Shown here: piece by piece, positions 26,451 to 39,838 of the stretch
Numbering within the stretch: position 1 is the first letter of the stretch
Layout of the letters: each line of letters begins with the position of its first letter
Assembly (NCBI GenBank): GCA_000165425.1
Contig: CT868452.1
Span: 310,001-374,000, forward strand
Direction: 5' to 3'
DNA from: Paramecium tetraurelia
Taxonomy: Eukaryota
Length of the DNA stretch: 64,000 nucleotides
The notes under the pieces: model-generated
What the model was told of the DNA's origin: nothing
The model's database searches: none
What the model saw: only the letters and a program-made list of their open reading frames with translations
Position numbers and translations under genes: made by a program

Positions 26451-27977
26451 TCAAAATAGTTTCTCTATGGCTGTCTTTGGATCTCTATATTTCTAAAATT
26501 CTCTCAATTTGAAAGTCGATTAAAGGACCAATCTGCAATCTGGAGCTGGTAACACTTGTTCAATCAAGAAATCATATAAAAATTTTAGTTCTTTGTCTTC
26601 CTAATTATCATAATATGGAATTATAGGGATTCCATTTTCCAAATGCATACCAAAAGAATAGGCAGCATTATCTACCAACACAATATCTTTTAAATCTCTT
26701 TTAAATATCCTCAAATCCTTAACATGCACTCCTTCAGTTGATAACACACATCCATCTCTAAAAACCTAAGCTGAAAGGAATTAATTTTTGGGGTCTAAAT
26801 GAGCAATCACCTAACTTGCATAACATTGATGGGAGGCAGTAAATACAATCACTTCACATAACTTACTGAGTTCTGTTAATATCCATTTGGCAAAAGGACG
26901 AACATTGATTCCTGCAGAAACTACATCTCCAGAAGGGAATTTTATGGGGATATAAACATCAGCCTTTAGAGATTAGTTCTCATTGCAATGTATCAATGTT
27001 TCATCCAAATCAAACACCACAGTCTTCTTATCTATTATTACTATTATTATCATACACTTGCAATTTTATTTTAGAGGTATATCTAATTATTTTTATCTTA
27101 AGATTTAAGGATCTGGATCTTGCAAATTCAAACAAAATCCAATGCAATTAAACGTTTACATAGCATGGTCCTTATACAATTATTATTCAATGGTTTGTGA
27201 ATATTAATGTTTAAATGTTTCTATTATAGATGTCACATAGTATATATATTCTAATATGATTACATACATAAGTATTACTTTTTTGTTTAGATGACTGAAT
27301 CCTATTGGAAGGGGATAAAGATTTAGTTTATTTGAAGGGAGAAATCAAACTCTTGGCTGGTTTATTAATTTAAGTTACAAAGTCGTCTAGACTAACTTTT
27401 AAATTATCTTTTTTTGGTGGATCCTCTTTTTTATTTATTTAAGATGTTATTTATTAGACAAATTATTAATTTGATGTAAATCTTTAATCGATAGATAAAG
27501 GATTATATTTTTTAACTTTTTGTTATGAAGTTACCAAGGGTTACATTTTCGAAGGCAGAATTGGAGATCCAGACTTCTCTATTTAAGAGAAATTGCGATG
27601 TAAACTATTTTTTGGTTTCTGCTAAACCTATGAGTTGTTCTAGATTTTGACTTATTATTCCTTTCCATTATTTTTTTAATATAGGAAATATTTCATCTTA
27701 AAATTATATAGCATGTATTCATACTTCTTAGGCGCTCTTGCAAGATTATGGTGTATTGTTTCTTTGAGTACTGGTTTATATTAATTGCTATTATTGCAAA
27801 TGTTATTAAATTAGTTCACGCTCAGCATTTTTTGTTTACAATTTACCCAAATTATACATTTTTGTTAAGGCTTGGAATTACTCACTATAGTGTTTATTGT
27901 TATGTGATTTACGTTGTAATATTGACCTTAACTGGTTTAACTTCTTGTCGTGGGGTGAATGATTTTAGATTTTGCAT
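26451..27977 (-). CDS. CTD small phosphatase-like (SCP/FCP1, NIF domain) HAD phosphatase
   Basis: KTVVFDLDETLIHCNE, NVRPFA, EVIVFTAS, HVKDLRIF, DIVLVDNAAYSF, NGIPIIPY; long low-complexity N-terminus. Confidence 0.92.
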
Positions 27978-28924
27978 GTGTTTCTAAATAATTAATTTTA
28001 TTTCTAATGAAATTCGATATATCTTATTTAGTTGTTTATAAAATTAAAATCAATAATAAATATCAAAGTCCACACCGTATTGATAAGGTTAGATCGAAAC
28101 TTAACCTAATTACTATACTTTATTCCTCTTTAAAAGTAGTTCGATCGATATCAGTTATAGATATCTGAAAATAAATATGATATCCAAAAACCTCTAGCAA
28201 CCACTTAAAAAATTTATGCATCTCATTAAATTTTCTATATGAATTCACAAACCCAATCTTAGTGAGTATAAACAACTTGAAAGCAACTTTAATTATTTTT
28301 ATACAATTAAGTATCTAAAAGTTGGATCTCAAAATTTCATAACAAATATTTCTATTCTATTAGTTGTTATTAAATTGTAATTCTAATCATTCAAAATATT
28401 CAAATTAAAATTCAACATTTTAATAAATGGTTCTAATTGAGACATATATATGTAAAAGCTTATTGTTGAAATTAAAAATAATTAAATAATTATATAACTT
28501 ATAAGCTTAATTGAGTATCTTGTTACTCAAGCAGATTATAAACCTGCTGAGCATTTTAGCATTTAATATTCATAATTAAATAATGTTGCTTTCTGATTTA
28601 TTAAACTATTAAAGTTCTCCAAGCTCTATGCAACTTGTAACTAATCTTTTTATCTTTATAGAATATACTATTTGATAATATCTAAACTATTGTTTACTTT
28701 ATATTAATTTAGTCTTTCTAAATTAAATAAAAATACTTTGAATACCTGAAATAAGTAATTTCATATTTTCCAGATTATTCTTACTTCTAGATAATCTAAT
28801 TCAATTATTTGAATGTGTAATTAATATAAATGAAATATCTCAAGTTTAAAAGAAATACCAAAAAAGGTCATCTAGCATAAATTTAAATGAATTAATTAAT
28901 TATATTTTATTATAACATTATATA

Positions 28925-29965
28925 ATGGATTAAGACTTGTGCTTACATAAAGAGAATATTTAATAAAAAACAGATTAATGTATTGTTACAAAATCTAATT
29001 GACTAGTTTAATTAGCAGTTAATCTATTCAATTAAAAAAAATGGTTTGAAGCAGATGAATTGTTTTCTGATTTAGTCCAAAAAAAACAAAATACTCCTTA
29101 TGCTTAATTTTATAAATGTATTTTGATTGCAAATGTTTAATAAGGCTAAACTTTAATCTATTTAAATCAAGTCGAGAAGCTAATAGCATTTGTTGAGTAA
29201 ATTGAAAAAGAAAATCCTTAATTTTTTGCTTAGGTTATAGAGCATTGTAACCAAGAATTGAAAAATGATTCTGAAAATATTATCATTTTATGTATTAAAG
29301 GTAAACCAAATGTCAATCAGTAATTTCAGGTATAGCTCTAGATATTTTACATTAATTTGATGAATCTGAATCTATTATTAATGAGGCAATTAAATTAAAT
29401 CCATAATTCCCCCTGATTTAAGTTTGGAGATGTATTCAATTGACTTAGGTTAGGTCTTACTCTAATTTCAAAGAAAAAGTATAACGAAGTGATAGATGTT
29501 GGCTAAAAGGCTTTGAAAGAACATCCTAATTTTGTAATTCTTCATCATTATGTAGGTATATAATTTCAATTATTTAGGGATCTCATTATAAATATTATCA
29601 AGATCTGTTGAGGCTTTGGAACATTTCGAAATCATTCTTTAATTAAATCCAAATCTAGTGCATATTTATTTATGGAAATGTAAATAGAATATTTACATTA
29701 TTTTCAGGTATTTCTTTAGAAACATAAAATCAATATCTTAAAGCCCTGTGTTGTTATGATTTAGCACTTAAGCTTGATCCAAATAATTCAGAAATAACTA
29801 ATCAAAAGAGTAAGAAGAATATCAATTATGTTTAAAGGAATTTCACTATAAGGCTTAAATATGTAGAGGAAAGCAATCTAAATTTAACGTCTAGCAATTT
29901 AATTGGGATAGGATGAGAATATTTTTATAACTAAATTTATGACTCAAGCCAAAGAAACCTTTTGA
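28925..29965 (+). CDS. TPR-repeat protein 1
   Basis: TPR repeats (e.g. GISLETQNQYLKALCCYDLALKLDPNNSEITNQK); four 102-nt exons; TGA 29963-29965. Confidence 0.75.
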
Positions 29966-30112
29966 ATTCTATCAAATATATAGTTTTGATTTGCTATCAA
30001 AAAAGGATATTGATTATAAGAAATTACAAAATTTTTAATTTTCCTTGTATTTTATATTATTAAAATATAATTAAACTATTATTAAAATTGCCTATTTATT
30101 ACATATAAAAAC

Positions 30113-31672
30113 ATGTAGTAGGATCCTAGAATATTTTTTTATTAACTGTGTATGGAACAAATTACATTTAATAGTTTCTTAATTAAGAGATAAAGGTCTT
30201 TAAAAAGAAGCTATTGAATTATTAAATTAAGCAATTTAGTTGAATTAAACTGATATTTACTTCTATGGAATAAAATGTATTTTATCAATTAAAAGTTAGC
30301 TATATATTTAGAATAGATTGGATTAATATAAGAGAGTATTGATTGCTGGGATTAAGGAATTGTAAATAATTAAAATAATATATTATATTACATCGAGAAG
30401 GGTTTAATTGATATTTCATTATTTGTAGCTAAGACTTTAGAGAAGAATGGAAAATTAAATGAAATTATCGAATGTTGGGATTAAGGAATCAAAATCAATT
30501 ATGAAAATCCAAATTTTTATTGCTATATTAGTTATTTATTTTGATTATGAATAGTTAAGGCATTATAAAAGTAAAATAGATTTGAGGAAATTATAATCTA
30601 TTGTGATAAAATCATTTCATAGAATTCATAGGCTATGGAATTTTTTAGCAATAAAGGTAACTAAATCAAATTATTGAAAGCTTGGGCTTTAAAAAAACTG
30701 AAAAGATATGATTAAGTTATAGAATGTTGGGCTTAAGCAGTAGAAATTCATTAATCTTATGTACATTTTTTGGGTTAACATGGTATCATTTATAATTTAC
30801 TATGCAGCTAATGCATTAAAAAGGTAGAATAGAATCGAAGAAGCATTAGAAAAATTAAATTAAGGAATATTGAAGAATTTACACAATATTTGTTTTTATA
30901 TTGCGAAAGGTAAATCACTTATGATATCTTAAGCATAATTCTTAGCTGAATTGTAGAGAATCAGTGAAGTTTTAAAATGTTGGGATTGGGGGATTGAAAA
31001 TAATAAAGAAAATATTTTATTTTATAATGAAAAATGTAAGTTGGCAAAATTTAGTTTAGCTAAAATTCTAATTGAATAAGGACAGATAGAATAAGCACTT
31101 GAGGTCTGGGATTTTGGGATCTAAAATAATAAAAATATTCTTAATTTTTATGACTACAAAGGTGCAATAATATTGTTATCATAAGCTTCTCTTTTAGAGT
31201 AATTAGAAAGGTTTGATGAAATTATATAATGTTGGAATAAAGGAATCAAATTTAATTAGAACAATATATATTTTTATCGAGAGAAAGGTATCCATTAATT
31301 TAATGATTTTATTAGCTAACGCTTTATTTGAATAAGATAGATTTTCGGAAATCTTAGACTGTTGGGACGAAGGAACAAAATTAAATAAAAACAATACAAT
31401 TTTTTTCAATTACAAAGGTTGACCATAATTAATGATTAATAGCTTCTTATTTAATTTAAAATATAAGATTTTTAGAAGCAATATAATGTTGGGATTAATT
31501 TGGTTTCTATAATTTAGAAGATTTTGATCATTATGATAAAAAAGGTTATAATTATTATTATAATTTATTAGCTTAAATTTTAGTTTAAATGAACAGTTAT
31601 AAAAAAGCAATTAATTGCCTTCGTCTATCAAATGACGAGTAATAATAAAGATATTTAAAATAGGCTTTTTGA
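30113..31672 (+). CDS. TPR-repeat protein 2
   Basis: Eleven consecutive 102-nt exons encoding repeats of the type KA..LE...RF.E...CWD.GI..N..N..FY; TGA 31670-31672. Confidence 0.8.
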
Positions 31673-31778
31673 ATCTATTAATTTACATATCCTATTAAAA
31701 AATAATGAAAAAATAAATGTTATAGTAATTGTTGAATAAATTAAATCTGATTAAAAATAATTACTAATATAATTTGTT

Positions 31779-33098
31779 TCAAAATGTTCTCTTATGAATA
31801 AGTGACATTTTTCCTTCAGGGTTCTCTTCATACTCCTGTTTGTTGATAGCTAAAGATTAAAATGTCTTGAGTGATCCAAGCATGGAACCACCAATCCAAG
31901 CACTATATTTCCTTTGAAAATCAGCAACAAAGTTAAATTCTGATCTCATAGCACCTCCTGGATAGATTTAACAAATATCATCTTGGAGTCTTGATATCAG
32001 GCCTTGAAACATAGAAGTGCCTCCACCAAGCACCATGTTAGAAACCAATTCTTACCTCAATTCCTTATCGCATCTCTGGATTGAATTAACAATCATTTGA
32101 GGGAGTGAAAAACCAGACTTATTTAAAACAGCAGGACTGAATAAGGCTTCTGAAGAGTGGTATCTAATCTTTGGAGTAATATGAATGACTTATTCATCTG
32201 GTAATTCATAACTTCGCTCTTCTTCTGTAAAATTATCTTCGGAGTTGATCTTAATTAATAATTGACATTGATTACTTGCATTTCATAATCACCAGCAATG
32301 TAGCACATAGTTTCTTTAATATCTTTGATAATCCATTGTTTCTCTTCCTCTGAAAATTTATCAAGTGATATTTCGTAGGTTTTCAAATCATTTTCCAAAC
32401 ATTATGTGATTTCAGCACCAGAGATATGAGAAAATTCTAATGCGTGCATAATTGGGAATCCTTAATAAATGGGAACAACAGTATTAACAGCATGTCCTAA
32501 TTCAATCGACAGACCACTGAAAAAAGGGTAATTCAAATAATTACCTAACTAATCCAGTAGAAAATAATGACAAAGTTGCTGAATTCATGAACAAAACAGA
32601 TTAGACTTTGAGATAATCAAAAAAGACTTCAGCAAGTTTTGATTTGTACTCTTTGGTATTCTTTACTTGATCGATGATTAATAAATTGACTTATTGCAAT
32701 TCAGATATTTGTAATCCGTCCTCAAGAATATATTGCCAGAATTCTTTCATAGATTCCACATTATCAATTTTCTAAGGAAATATAATAATGATAATTTGTA
32801 CTCCATCTTTGATTGGATTTGATAACTGTACATTCAACTTTTTTTCTTTGATGACTTTCTTTAAATCTTAACCAAATAAGAGTTAAGGTTTATTGTTTGG
32901 ATTGTCATTGTCATTTTAAACTGAGTGTGATCCGCATTTATTATCATAGATAAGCTATAAATATAATAGAGTGATAATTACTCTAGGATAATCCTCTCCT
33001 GAGATTCCCACTTTGATAGTATCAGTACCATTATCAATGACAACGATGTCTTTTTAGTCATACTCACTTTCCATAGTGGCTCTCTTGTTGATTTTCAT
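31779..33098 (-). CDS. Divergent actin / actin-related protein
   Basis: IVVIDNGTDTIKVGISGEDYPR, SGLSIELGHAVNTVVPIYQG, IKDIKETMCY, SYELPDE, NMVLGGGTSMFQG, RKYSAWIGGSMLGSL. Confidence 0.92.
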
Positions 33099-33133
33099 TT
33101 ATTTAGTTAATATATATGATTATTTATAATAAT

Positions 33134-36100
33134 TCAATGCTAATGTTATTGATGAGGAGCACCAAAAGGATTCTAATCGTGTCTCTAATATATAAGTGAA
33201 TTAGTTTACAAGAGATGAATAACGTCTTGCTAAGCCACCTGAGGAATGATCTCCCTTTAATGCGATAACCTTATGTTCAGTTTCCATTGGGTTGATTTCT
33301 TTACTTCCACATTCACAACACATGTCTTCCTTTATGAACTTGAGGAAGAAACATCCTATAATTGATATACATCCGAATCCAATACCAATCAACCTACACA
33401 TATATTCCAGAATTACCATTGTTATATTTTGAGTCCAAAATTACCATAAAGTCCGATAGCTTTGGAACCAAATGTAACCATGAGGATTTAGATGCAGAAA
33501 ATAACAGGTACGATTGTTAAGAAAGCCTCATGTTTTGCTATTCCTTCAAAAACGTTGATTTCATCATTGAATCTTCTGCTATTGAGAAAATTGAATAATT
33601 GAAGCATGATGAAAACATTAAAGACATAAGTAAACTAATTGGTAATGAATGAATTGATACATGACGAGAAGGTTCATGAGTGTCTTCATAGAATACAGCA
33701 TAGTCTCTCTTTCCTTCAGGAGTATTCAATCTACCACTGGCTACAATAGTGCAACTAGTCTCAAAATCACATTCCTCACACATGATTTCATAACATTTAT
33801 TTTCATGGCATACACATTCCGATGATAAACAAGTACCACCCTATTTAACTTCTTTTGATTAAGTGGCATCTGGAATCAAAACCATCTGTCTACCACTTTC
33901 TTCTGAGTATTTCTTGAGATCTTCATAAGTAGTCTTGCATAAATGATCACTATATTTGTATCGTTTCTTTATTCCTCTAAATGCAGTGTTATCATAGTCA
34001 TCAGCATATTCAGGCAAAAAGGAATCACCAGCAAACACTATAAATAAAACAACGGCTAATTATATCAAAGCAGTTCCGATAATGAATTTAAACATCTTTT
34101 TAGAGATGATGTACTCATTTCTATCGTGTGGTTTACGATACAGTAATTTTTCAGTAGGTGGCTCTGTGGCTAAGGCAAGAGAACCTAGAGTGTCCATAAT
34201 CAAGTTAACCCACAACAATTAAATAGGTTTCAACACTTCCTGACTCAAAACAGCAGCTCCGATTAATGTCAATCCCACACTAACTAAGTTAGCAGTCAAT
34301 TAGAATCTCAAAAACTTTTTGATGTTATCATAGACATTTCTACCCCACATAACAGCCTTAACAATGGAATTAAAGTTATCATCCAATAGAATAATAGCAG
34401 CAGCCTCTCTAGCAACTTCAGTTCCTGCAATACCCATAGCAAATCCAACATCTGCCTTTTTCAAAGCTGGAGCATCATTTGTACCATCACCTGTGACAGC
34501 AACTACATGACCTCTTTCAATCAAGCCTGTCACTAAAGCATACTTATCTTCAGGTCTACTACGAGCCAATACATCTAAATGAGGATAGATTTTATCGAAC
34601 TCTTAAGGATTTGCAATTGTATCAACTCTAACATCCTTATTTTCCTTCTTTGCTGTAGTACTATCTCTTGCACAAGGGCAGATAGCTGTTCTACATTTGG
34701 TGCAGACAACACCTCCAATCTTTGCTATAAAGTCAGGTCCTTCCATTACAATAGATTAATCATCTCCTGGTGTAATGATACCACATTCTTTAGCAATAGC
34801 TCTAGCAGTCATTTTATTATCTCCAGTAACCATTCTAACTTTAATTCCTGCTCTTCTGCATAATTAAATAGCTCTTGGCACTTCTTATCTAAGAATATCT
34901 TTGATTCCCAAGACTGCAACCAAGGTTAAGTCACTTTATTCAACAGCATATACACCTTTTGGATCCTTAGTTGTTAAATCTTCCCTTGCACTAATTTCCC
35001 TGTATGCTAAACAAATAGTTCTCAATGCTCTGCCAGCCATAGTTTCAATTGCTTTTTCTACTTTCTATTTCAAATCTTGATTCATAGGAACAATAGATCC
35101 ATTTCCCTTAGAATGATATTATGAGCATGCAGCCAATACCATTTCTGATGCTCCTTTGCAGACCAATCTACGTCTGCCTCCATCTAATTCTAATACCATA
35201 GACATTCTTTTTCTTTAACTGCTGAAGGGGAATTTAGTACTAGCAGGATATTTCTCTCTTTGTTCTTCGTAATTCATTGAGCATCTTTCAATAAATTCTA
35301 GTAATGCAATTTCTGTCTTAGATCCTTTAGGTTCAGGTCTAAGCATTGCTGATCCATTGACAACTGCACATTGAATAAAGAACTCTGAAAAGTTTTATGG
35401 GAAATAAGATGTCAATTATTGTTTTTCAGAATAGGTATCTATTTCAATAATATCATCATTCCACACATTAACAAGTGACATTTTATTTTGAGTCAATGTT
35501 CCTGTTTTGTCTGAACAAATCATAGAGGCTCCTCCCATAGTTTCACATGCTGCCATCTTTCTGACTAGATTCTAATCTTGAAGCATCTATTTGGTTGAAT
35601 AAGCCAATGATAGAGTAACAGCCAATGGCAATCCTTCAGGGATAGCAACGACGACCACTGTGATTCCAATGATAAAATATCCAATGATAGTAACAACCAT
35701 ATAATTCTCCCAATCATCATTCATTCCTCTCTCAATACCAAATCTCAAACACATCACACAAACAATCAAAATTGCTGATATCAATCCAAATTTACCAATG
35801 TCTTCAGCTATTGCAGTTAACTTCATTTACAAAGGAGTAGCTATTAAATCTTATAATTATTTTTACCTTCTGGTTCATCTTATCTCAATAATGCTGCAAT
35901 CTTACCAGCACAAGATGAGTCTCCTACAACAAGAATAAGCATCCTGCCTTCACCACTTAGTACTCTTGTTCCACTCATCATTATTGGAGATGGAACATCA
36001 TGATGACCTGCTGTGTTCTAATATTTTAATGATATTAATATTTACTTGTCCTCCTTCTTCTTTTAATTAGTTCCTCTTGTTAACACATTCACTCAACACA

Positions 36101-36854
36101 TTTTTTTTGATTGGATCAGTTTCTCCTGTCATAGCACTCTCATCAGCTGTCAAATCTGATGCTTCCAGTACAAAACCATCTGCAGGAATTTCCATTCCTT
36201 CGAATATTTGTACAACATCTCCAACCAACACTTCACTCATATGAATATCACATTTCTTTCCATTCCTAACTACTGTCACTCTCTTTCTCTCATCGGCTAC
36301 TTCATTCAATTTTTAAAATTGTCGTTCTTTTTGATAATCATTCACGGCATTTGCATTTGTAGATATAATCACTGCTACCAATATTGCAAATCCTATTTTA
36401 TTTAATTTATTAAATACCTTCAATCCAAGCCAATTTCCTGTAACTATCATCAGCAGTTGAAACATCAACTATAATACTGACGACGGCTGCTATGCATAAA
36501 ACTTTCATTGTAAAATCGTTCAAAGCTCCCAGCCACAACTCACAATACCCTTTAGGCTCTATTCTGGGTTTCCTATTGTGTCCAAATGCTCTCTCTCTCT
36601 CCGATTAGTCATTCATCGTCAAACCTGACTTGAAATCCGTACAGAGTCCTTCCTTTCATACTATACACTTCTTATACCTCTATCAGCCTCTCTCCAATTT
36701 CTTCTAGTTTGTCTACTTCCTCAGCAAATACTCTCTCTTGGCACATGTAAGCGATTGAACACAATGTTTGCTTTGCAATTCGAAATTTTCCATACGGTTC
36801 AGTCCCGTCGTCTTTTAATTATTCCTGCTGCGTCATTGGGTCATCGTCCGCCAT
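33134..36854 (-). CDS. PMCA: Plasma-membrane-type Ca2+-ATPase (P2B, PMCA)
   Basis: [89 protein letters not shown]. Confidence 0.96.
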
Positions 36855-37732
36855 TGGTTATTAATATTATTATAATAATCTTTTTAATTTGAAACCATAT
36901 GAATATGAAACAGTTATACATTAAAATCATCAAAAAAATATATTTTTTTAATTACACATATCTATTCCCTCTCGATCTTTGAGTATGCCAAAACCAGATT
37001 AATTTAAAAAGCCTCCCCAGAATTTTTATTAAAACAAAATAGATGTTTGAAAAAATTACTGGTTTCTAAGAAAATCAGAATTTTACTTATGAAAACCTTT
37101 AATTTGATTTATTTTTTTTAATTTCTCTCAAATTAACCAACAATTATTTAGTTTATTGTAAATATGAATATTTAATGACCAACAACAAATATTTGGTAAA
37201 CCTCTGAAATTCATTTACTATCCATTGTAAAAATAAATAATAACTTAAATTCATTTTTTATGAATCAAAGTGTTAATCAAGAAATTACTTGATTATTTGA
37301 AATAGTTATTGAACCTAATCTCAATTGTGTTTCAAACAATTTATCTGTCTTTGTTTTTTTAATATTACAAATTAATAATACACGGGTCTAAGTTCCTGAT
37401 TAGTCAATATTGAATTGAAAATGATAAACAATTCTTCTTCATTCTCATTTAGTTCTCAAAATAAGAAAATTAGATGCTTTTATGAAGGAGCAATTTGTTA
37501 AAAATAGATGTTAACTTAAATATCAACAAATTTACTATTTTTTTCTTGTCTCATCCTTTATTAAATAATTACTCTATCTTCAACTAAATTGATATTAATA
37601 TATAATCCATAGCATTACAATAGAAAAATAAAGAAGTTAATTAAAATATTTGATAATCAGAAGCATAAGAAACTATAATGAGGTATGTTTTGTTTTATTA
37701 AATATTTTGTCTAATTAATAATAAATTTTAAT

Positions 37733-39781
37733 ATGTTCAATTATACTAACATTGGATTTCTAAGCCTGAAAATAATTGCCTTTCTTTGCATTTTAATTGG
37801 ATACTTTATGAATTCATAAGAATTAAATAAAGCTTAAAAGAATACTGGAAATCCATTATTCCTTGATAAGAAGGATTTTTTTTATTATGTATTTAGCAGA
37901 ATCGTTTTAATTGTCGATGAAAATTTTACAGGATTCGACAACAATGATGTATATTATCATATTGATTCATAATTCAATATTAATTATGAAATTCTTTACA
38001 ATACAGTCATACACGGAATAAGCCCAATTGCATAATTACAATATTGGAATATCCAATACCAAACCTTAGATAGTGTGACATACCAGTTAAAAAAACAAAA
38101 TAAAACTAGTTATTTGTCAAGTTATAAAGCTTACACGGATTATGATCCTTTTAGCTAATTTTAGTAATTAAATGACGGATCAGAATTAATTGCAAAATTA
38201 AATTAAGATGATTTTGCATTCTATTACATTGATAACGTTCAGCTATCATCAATAGAATATGATAATTTATTGTCCTAAGTCGACAATAATACTATGATAA
38301 TTGTACTTAAATTTGACAAAGTCTATTTCTATACAAATAGAACAAGATTATCAAAAGATGAGCATACCAAAACTATTTATTCAATTGATTCATTAACTTC
38401 TACAATCAGTTGTCTACTTGATTCTCCAATTCCATTAGAGAATCATGGAATGATATTGCCAGGTCTATTTTACGAAACTAAACCTGCATAAGATATCAAT
38501 CAGATTTAACTATTGGATTACATGATGAACTTATATCAATTATATGAACATTATACTTTGATTGAAAAAAAGAAGTCGATCAAGTATTAGAAAGACTTAG
38601 ACTTATTCAAAGATTAGTTTGAATTAGTTTCAACAAGTAAAGATGATAAGATGATTTAGAATTATTTAGATACATTAAAAAATGAAATAAAAGATCTTGC
38701 TTTTGCTATTAATTCTGAAATTAGTGGCAATATCTTTGTTCTTTTGCTTGGACTATTTTTATGTCTATATATCTTGTACTTGATATTTTTCAAGTAACAA
38801 GAGTTAGTGATTATTGATTGGTATATTTTAGGATTAACAGCAGCATTTGCATTTATTGAGATAAACTTATTCAAAATAATACTATTTTTGGTATTACTTT
38901 TAAAAATGAAATAACCAGTGATTTAAAGTCTCTTAGGATTCTTGCTTTTGATTAGTGACTTTCCATTTTATTAATTACTTTCAATTGGAAGTTTGGCTTA
39001 TATGTTTATCAAGAACAAGGATTTAATTTTAACTTTATTGAAAACAAAATAAAATTTATTAAAATATAGCATAGGAATATTTATAATAATTATTTTATCG
39101 TCATACGTTAAATATTTATTGATTATATTCATACCTTTGATTATATTTATATGCAGAAAACATGTGGATGTTACAATTCTATTGGTTTGTTGTTTTTGCA
39201 GAGCCTAAAATCTATTGCCAATCTTGTTATTGTCATTTTAATACTTTAGAGAAAATGAAGAGAGTTATTTTAAATATCCAGCATATTTAGTTATAGATGT
39301 CTTATATATCACTGTTACTCATCCAGTACTACCAAATAGTCCTGTTTTATTTTAGATTGATGGATATTTACATCTCATGGATATTATTATGCTAATATGC
39401 TTATAATAAATGTATTACCATTTTACAACTGAAATCAATAGCAATTTAGAAATAAATGAAAAAAGCATAATAACAAGTATTTAAAAGATTACTGAATATA
39501 ATGTTGAATATTTTGATAATATAATTTTATAATTGATAATAGAAATAATATGGATTATCGAATTAATGTTAACAGAAATTTTCTGTTATGACATGAAGTA
39601 GATTGGAAATTAATATTTTACTTTGCAATTCTTATGTTTAAATTTATTTATGTTGTTATTTTATCTAATTAAGGAAGGGAGAGGAAGAATAGTTGAATTA
39701 GAATATGAGAAAGCACAAAATAAATAAGAATTAGAAACGAAAGATATGTATGAAAATTAAATGAGGGAAATTGAAATTTGA
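37733..39781 (+). CDS. Hypothetical multi-pass membrane protein (exon structure approximate)
   Basis: N-terminal hydrophobic segment, luminal-like region, several hydrophobic helices from about 38730, ends QMREIEI*. Confidence 0.4.
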
Positions 39782-39838
39782 GAGATATTTATTCATTATG
39801 AATCATTTGAACATTAAATAATAAATATATCTTTATAA

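Noticed and set aside
28087..28170. Short hairpins and palindromes (AGGTTA..TAACCT, GATATC..GATATC) in a long intergenic region
   Set aside because: Short stems with no tRNA or snRNA features; not distinguishable from background
30175..31544. Periodic ~126-130-bp units as a CRISPR-like or satellite array
   Set aside because: The periodicity is exon (102 nt) plus intron; there is no identical nucleotide repeat, and the DNA is eukaryotic
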